A stretch of 64,000 bases of DNA from Candidatus Bathyarchaeota archaeon. GTDB taxonomy: Archaea; Thermoproteota; Bathyarchaeia; Bathyarchaeales; Bathycorpusculaceae. The position numbers and the translations under genes were made by a program. The notes beneath the pieces were generated by a model, which was not told the origin of the DNA, searched no databases, and was given only the letters and a program-made list of their open reading frames with translations. Of this stretch, positions 60,181 through 64,000 are shown piece after piece. The first letter of the stretch is position 1, and the number at the start of each line of letters is the position of its first letter. Location of the stretch: positions 128,001 through 192,000 of the forward strand of contig OY970340.1 in NCBI GenBank assembly GCA_963717465.1. The letters run 5' to 3'.

Positions 60181-61137
60181 TTGAACCTCATATTTGAAGT
60201 ATACTTTGCTATCTTCGCAATATTTGCATCAATTCTAATAACAGAAATCATGGGCTCTGTACTGTTGCTTCTTTTCTGGAAACAAGCAAAATCCAAAGTT
60301 CTCGAATACGTTGCACCCATATGGGAAGTAACAGGCACATTCGCAGCATTCCTAGTAGTTGCCGGAGACTTTGCCTATCCCACACTTCTGATTCCAGTCG
60401 CTGACCTTTTTGCGCCGTTGCTAACAGTGTTTTTGATACTGTTTGTTGCAAGAAGTGCCTCATTGGCTTTTGCAGAGTCCATAATCAAGAAAAGATGGCT
60501 TGATCAAGAAAAACTATACAAGGCGTATGCTGTAGCAACATTGATTCTCGGTATAACCGTTCTAGTTCTTCTTTCCGCCCTAATTAGCGGCGCAGGCATT
60601 AATCTTACTGCAGATACATTTTCAATCGGAAACTGGGTTTCCTCCTCAGGCTCCCTTCTTTTCATGGTAGGCACGTTGCTCATAGGCATAGGCGCTGCAC
60701 CCATATTCTTCTCCCTTGATTCAATGAAGAAAATCGTTCTGCCAGTAACTGCGGTCGGCATCGGCCTCTCAGTCCTCGCTTACTACTTGTACCTGCCGTC
60801 GTCTCTCTCCGTCCTTATGCTTATTCCAGTTGTTCTCACTCTACTAGTCGGTCTTCTCTTTGTAGTGTCGAAAAAGACGGCTGCAATAGTGTCAAACAAG
60901 GCAGTCTTCATCGCAGCACTTAGCGTCGTAATATTTTCTCTTCAGTTTCTGGTTTACCCCTCCGCAGCTGGCGGAGCAATCACAATTGACAACGTAACGA
61001 CATCAGGCCCATTAACATCAGCATACTTTGCCATCACAGCCGGCGGAGTACTGTTGCTGGCAATTCTACTCGGATTCTACATGAAAACTGTAATGCACGC
61101 TAAAAACTCCACACAAGGAGCAAATCAAACTTACTAA
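60181..61137 (+). CDS. cydB: Cytochrome bd oxidase subunit II (divergent)
   Basis: Multi-TM protein with PIWEVTGTF, directly after cydA. Confidence 0.75.
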   Translation: MNLIFEVYFAIFAIFASILITEIMGSVLLLLFWKQAKSKVLEYVAPIWEVTGTFAAFLVVAGDFAYPTLLIPVADLFAPLLTVFLILFVARSASLAFAESIIKKRWLDQEKLYKAYAVATLILGITVLVLLSALISGAGINLTADTFSIGNWVSSSGSLLFMVGTLLIGIGAAPIFFSLDSMKKIVLPVTAVGIGLSVLAYYLYLPSSLSVLMLIPVVLTLLVGLLFVVSKKTAAIVSNKAVFIAALSVVIFSLQFLVYPSAAGGAITIDNVTTSGPLTSAYFAITAGGVLLLAILLGFYMKTVMHAKNSTQGANQTY

Positions 61138-61203
61138 GTTTAAAAAGCTACAATACCAAGCTAGGGCAATCGTAAAGCTTCTACAACTAAGTGGTCTTTA
61201 ATT

Positions 61204-61893
61204 TCAGGATTTATACGTGTTTATTACTTGTTTTAGTTTCTCCAAAACTCTGTCAGCAGCCTCTTTATCTGGAAATTCAAGGTCGCCTTCCTTGGGTGTT
61301 GTTGCGGCAAAAAGGCATAAAGCTTCAATGTTTTTAAGTTTTGCAAGTCCAAAAACCAATCCTGAAAAACCAAGAAAAGGTCCTTGGTAGCCGGTTCCGA
61401 TATCAAATTTTTCTTTCATTTCAGTGATGAGTTTAGGACTGTTTGCTGCACAGTATACTTTTTTGTCTTTCGACCCATACCCAGCAATCACAACCATTCG
61501 CTTAACACCTTTTTCACTGAGAAAGCTAACTGCATCATCAGCTACGTTGTATTGTCCTTCAAAGTTTGGATGGTAGCCTCGAACTAAAATTAGCGATTGC
61601 TCAGTGCAAGCGTAAAACTGGACTTTAGGCAAATCCAAACTACCATGCTCAACGATTACTCCTCCTTCGCCTGGAAGTAGCGGGTTAGCAGCATAGGAAG
61701 GCATCGTTTGATAAATTGAAGGCAAATGTGTCGAGTATAATTCTGCGATTAGTTGAGCTTTCGTTTCCACGATGAGACTGTCAACGGCGAGTTTGCCGAT
61801 GGATCGCAGTCCAGGCGACCCGACAACCGCCACTGGCTCAACAAGCTTGGGAATTTCATAACGGGTAATCCATATGTCTTTTTGCGTTTCCAT
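61204..61893 (-). CDS. PAC2 family (proteasome assembly chaperone-like) protein
   Basis: GSPGLRSIGKLA, GFSGLVFG, CLFAAT, PDKEAA. Confidence 0.82.
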   Translation of the reverse strand: METQKDIWITRYEIPKLVEPVAVVGSPGLRSIGKLAVDSLIVETKAQLIAELYSTHLPSIYQTMPSYAANPLLPGEGGVIVEHGSLDLPKVQFYACTEQSLILVRGYHPNFEGQYNVADDAVSFLSEKGVKRMVVIAGYGSKDKKVYCAANSPKLITEMKEKFDIGTGYQGPFLGFSGLVFGLAKLKNIEALCLFAATTPKEGDLEFPDKEAADRVLEKLKQVINTYKS

Positions 61894-61904
61894 GCAACTC
61901 AGCC

Positions 61905-62681
61905 TTAAGTAACATAGCTTGGTTTCTTGCTTGACTGCTTCATTTCTTCACTTAAACGTTTTTCAATCTCTGTCATTCTTGAAATAGCCTCATCCATCTG
62001 GGAAGCCTGCTTCTCCATTGGACCCATGTCAATTTTTACGCCTAAGAGTTTCGTCAAAATATTCAGCGCTGCATTACCAGCTTTAGGATCAATCATGAAT
62101 TCTCCAGCTGCAGTCTGGTAACCATGAGTTTCAGCCAGCAAACATACCCCCTCAATATCCTTCTTTTTGGCAATGCCCATGATCAACCCGTTTTCGCCGC
62201 CGATAATACCTTCATCCAAAGCCTGCACTCCAAGAGCCTTAGCCTCTTCAAGCATAGGTGCTGATGTCGCAGTACAATAAACTGTAGGCACATCAAATGG
62301 CTTCTCAGTCACCAACGCCGCAACCGAAACCACTTTCTTCACACCATTTTCCTTAGCCCAATCAATAACTTTCTCGGTAATTTCATATTGACCTTCCGGC
62401 GAGAAAACCTGCGAATTACCAGACAAAAACACGAAAACTCTCCCGTTTTCATCGTTAAAACAATATAATTCATTCCTAAGAAGCTCTACCAACCCATCTT
62501 TATTTATAACGACGTAGGGAGGAAAATGTTTTGAGTAAATTTCACCAATTAACTCAGCCTTAAGCTGCTGAACCATGAAATCAACTGGTAATTTTCCAAC
62601 GTAAGCTGTACCAGGCAACCCGCAAATAAGAGTGAACTCTTTCGCAGGAAGCGATTTTAGAATCTTTATTTCGGAATCCAT
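61905..62681 (-). CDS. PAC2 family (proteasome assembly chaperone-like) protein
   Basis: GLPGTAYVGKL, YSKHFPP, GENGLIMG, CLLAETHGY, DPKAG. Confidence 0.88.
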   Translation of the reverse strand: MDSEIKILKSLPAKEFTLICGLPGTAYVGKLPVDFMVQQLKAELIGEIYSKHFPPYVVINKDGLVELLRNELYCFNDENGRVFVFLSGNSQVFSPEGQYEITEKVIDWAKENGVKKVVSVAALVTEKPFDVPTVYCTATSAPMLEEAKALGVQALDEGIIGGENGLIMGIAKKKDIEGVCLLAETHGYQTAAGEFMIDPKAGNAALNILTKLLGVKIDMGPMEKQASQMDEAISRMTEIEKRLSEEMKQSSKKPSYVT

Positions 62682-62789
62682 AAGTTAAGAATTCACGCGC
62701 CCATTATTAAGTTAAATGTATTGTTGCTACGACAGAAGACAAATCCAAGAGAAAAAACGAAAATCAATAATTACGAAAAAAGTTAAAAT

Positions 62790-62935
62790 TCAGGTGCCAT
62801 TCAACGGATCGCTTTGCGTGCAAACGGGATGCTTAGAAGAACACTTTGGGAGCCTAAGCCCCATAGTGCTAATCCAGAACTATCCTCGTTGAAAGCAGCA
62901 GGCAATCCGTCGAACAGCGCAAACATTTTGTTCGC
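62790..62935 (-). ncRNA. Putative rod-shaped non-coding RNA
   Basis: 62796-62918 folds by eye into one long interrupted hairpin with a 17-bp closing stem and G-U pairs on the minus strand, followed by a U-tract. Confidence 0.6.
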
Positions 62936-63045
62936 ATTTGTTTGGCAATAATAGTTATTTCAATTGAAATAAGATAAAATTTTGTGGTTGCGTTTAAGCA
63001 GTCACAAAGAAGGTTCAAAGTTGCAGAGGATTCTAAAAATGTAGC

Positions 63046-64000
63046 TTAGGTTTCTTCGCATTTTTTGAGAAGCCATTGCCAACGTTCATCTGTTAATCGT
63101 TGAATTTCATCGAGCAAAGGCTTGTTTTCCGCGGTGAAGACGTGCCTGTATCGTCCTTGTCCTTGAAGGTACTCTTTTACTGGCTTTTTCTTTTGGGGTG
63201 CTAGTGCGATTACTTTGCTTGGTATTGACAGCTGGCGTTTTCCTTTTACTGCTTCCCAGATTGGAAACACGCATGATTCCACGGCTAGTTTGGAGTATTC
63301 GATTGATTTTGCAGGGTCGGTTCTCCATCCTCTGTGGCAAGGAGCGAAAACATGCAGGAAAGCTGGGCCTTCAACTTCTAAGCCTTTGCGCACTTTTGTA
63401 AGCAGATCTTTCCAGTAGTATGGTGATGCTGTAGCGACGTATTCCATTTCGTGAGCCAGCATGATCTCGGTGATTGGTTTTTTGCGTTCAAGTTTGCCGT
63501 GCACGACTGAACCAGCAGGCGTTGTTGTTGTTGAAGCACCCAACGGCGTACCACCGCTTCGTTGGATACCTGTGTTCATGTAAGCCTCGTTATCATACAA
63601 GACAAACAAGAAATCGTGTCCACGTTCAACTGCACCAGACAAGGCTTGCAGACCAATATCGTAAGTGCCTCCGTCTCCAGCAATAGCAATAATGTCAACG
63701 TGCTCCTTTATTTTGCCTTTCTTCGTCAGGGCTTTTAATGCAGCGTCAATTCCCGAAGCGTTCGCTGCGGCTGTTTCAAATGCAGTGTGAAGCCAGGGAA
63801 CTCCCCAAGAGGTGTAAGGGTAAGTTGAAGAGGTAACTTCCATGCAGCCTGTTGCTTGAGTGACAATTGTGGGGCCGCGTGTAGCCTTCATGATTAAACG
63901 CATCACGACGGCAGGAGCACAGCCCGCGCATGCTTTGTGACCTGAAAGGAACAGATCAGGCTTTAACGCGATATCTTTATTCGTGAACTTCCATTCTTGA
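63046..64000 (-). CDS. porB: Pyruvate/2-oxoacid:ferredoxin oxidoreductase beta subunit (5' end beyond the window)
   Basis: GHKACAGC upstream of the listed ORF, ATGCMEV, GDGGTYDIG, DNEAYMNTGIQRS. Confidence 0.93.
   Translation of the reverse strand, partial: QEWKFTNKDIALKPDLFLSGHKACAGCAPAVVMRLIMKATRGPTIVTQATGCMEVTSSTYPYTSWGVPWLHTAFETAAANASGIDAALKALTKKGKIKEHVDIIAIAGDGGTYDIGLQALSGAVERGHDFLFVLYDNEAYMNTGIQRSGGTPLGASTTTTPAGSVVHGKLERKKPITEIMLAHEMEYVATASPYYWKDLLTKVRKGLEVEGPAFLHVFAPCHRGWRTDPAKSIEYSKLAVESCVFPIWEAVKGKRQLSIPSKVIALAPQKKKPVKEYLQGQGRYRHVFTAENKPLLDEIQRLTDERWQWLLKKCEET

Overview
Archaeal chromosomal window, most likely Bathyarchaeia (inference from PolB1, AglB, CarS, Trm5, an arcadin-1-like protein, PAC2 proteins, an MtrH-like gene and several corrinoid methyltransferases). 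Many housekeeping genes are split by single-base indels, so the assembly looks indel-prone. Highlights: (1) A DMSO-reductase-family Mo/W enzyme (2829-5145, minus) has an in-frame TGA at the metal-ligand Cys position (GSPNFGSAAAQT*AGP), followed 6 nt later by a bacterial-type SECIS-like hairpin; this is a candidate archaeal selenoprotein with a bacterial-style recoding signal. (2) A ~120-bp promoter module (TATA plus three ACA-core boxes 31-33 bp apart) occurs five times: upstream of two non-pyrrolysine MttB paralogs, the Mo/W enzyme, an SDR pseudogene and an ORF-less structured RNA. Each mttB cassette ends in an Lrp/AsnC regulator paralog. (3) A GC-rich 5' leader on queT carries an anti-SD and looks like a riboswitch. 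(4) An unannotated ~125-nt rod-shaped RNA lies between porB and two PAC2 genes. (5) There are eukaryote-like OST3/DC2 and PAC4 homologs, a decayed tRNA-Ser islet (Fpg-like + Fic), cytochrome bd, and several small Zn-finger ORFs missed by the ORF track. All calls are from reading the sequence by eye; no searches or folding programs were run.
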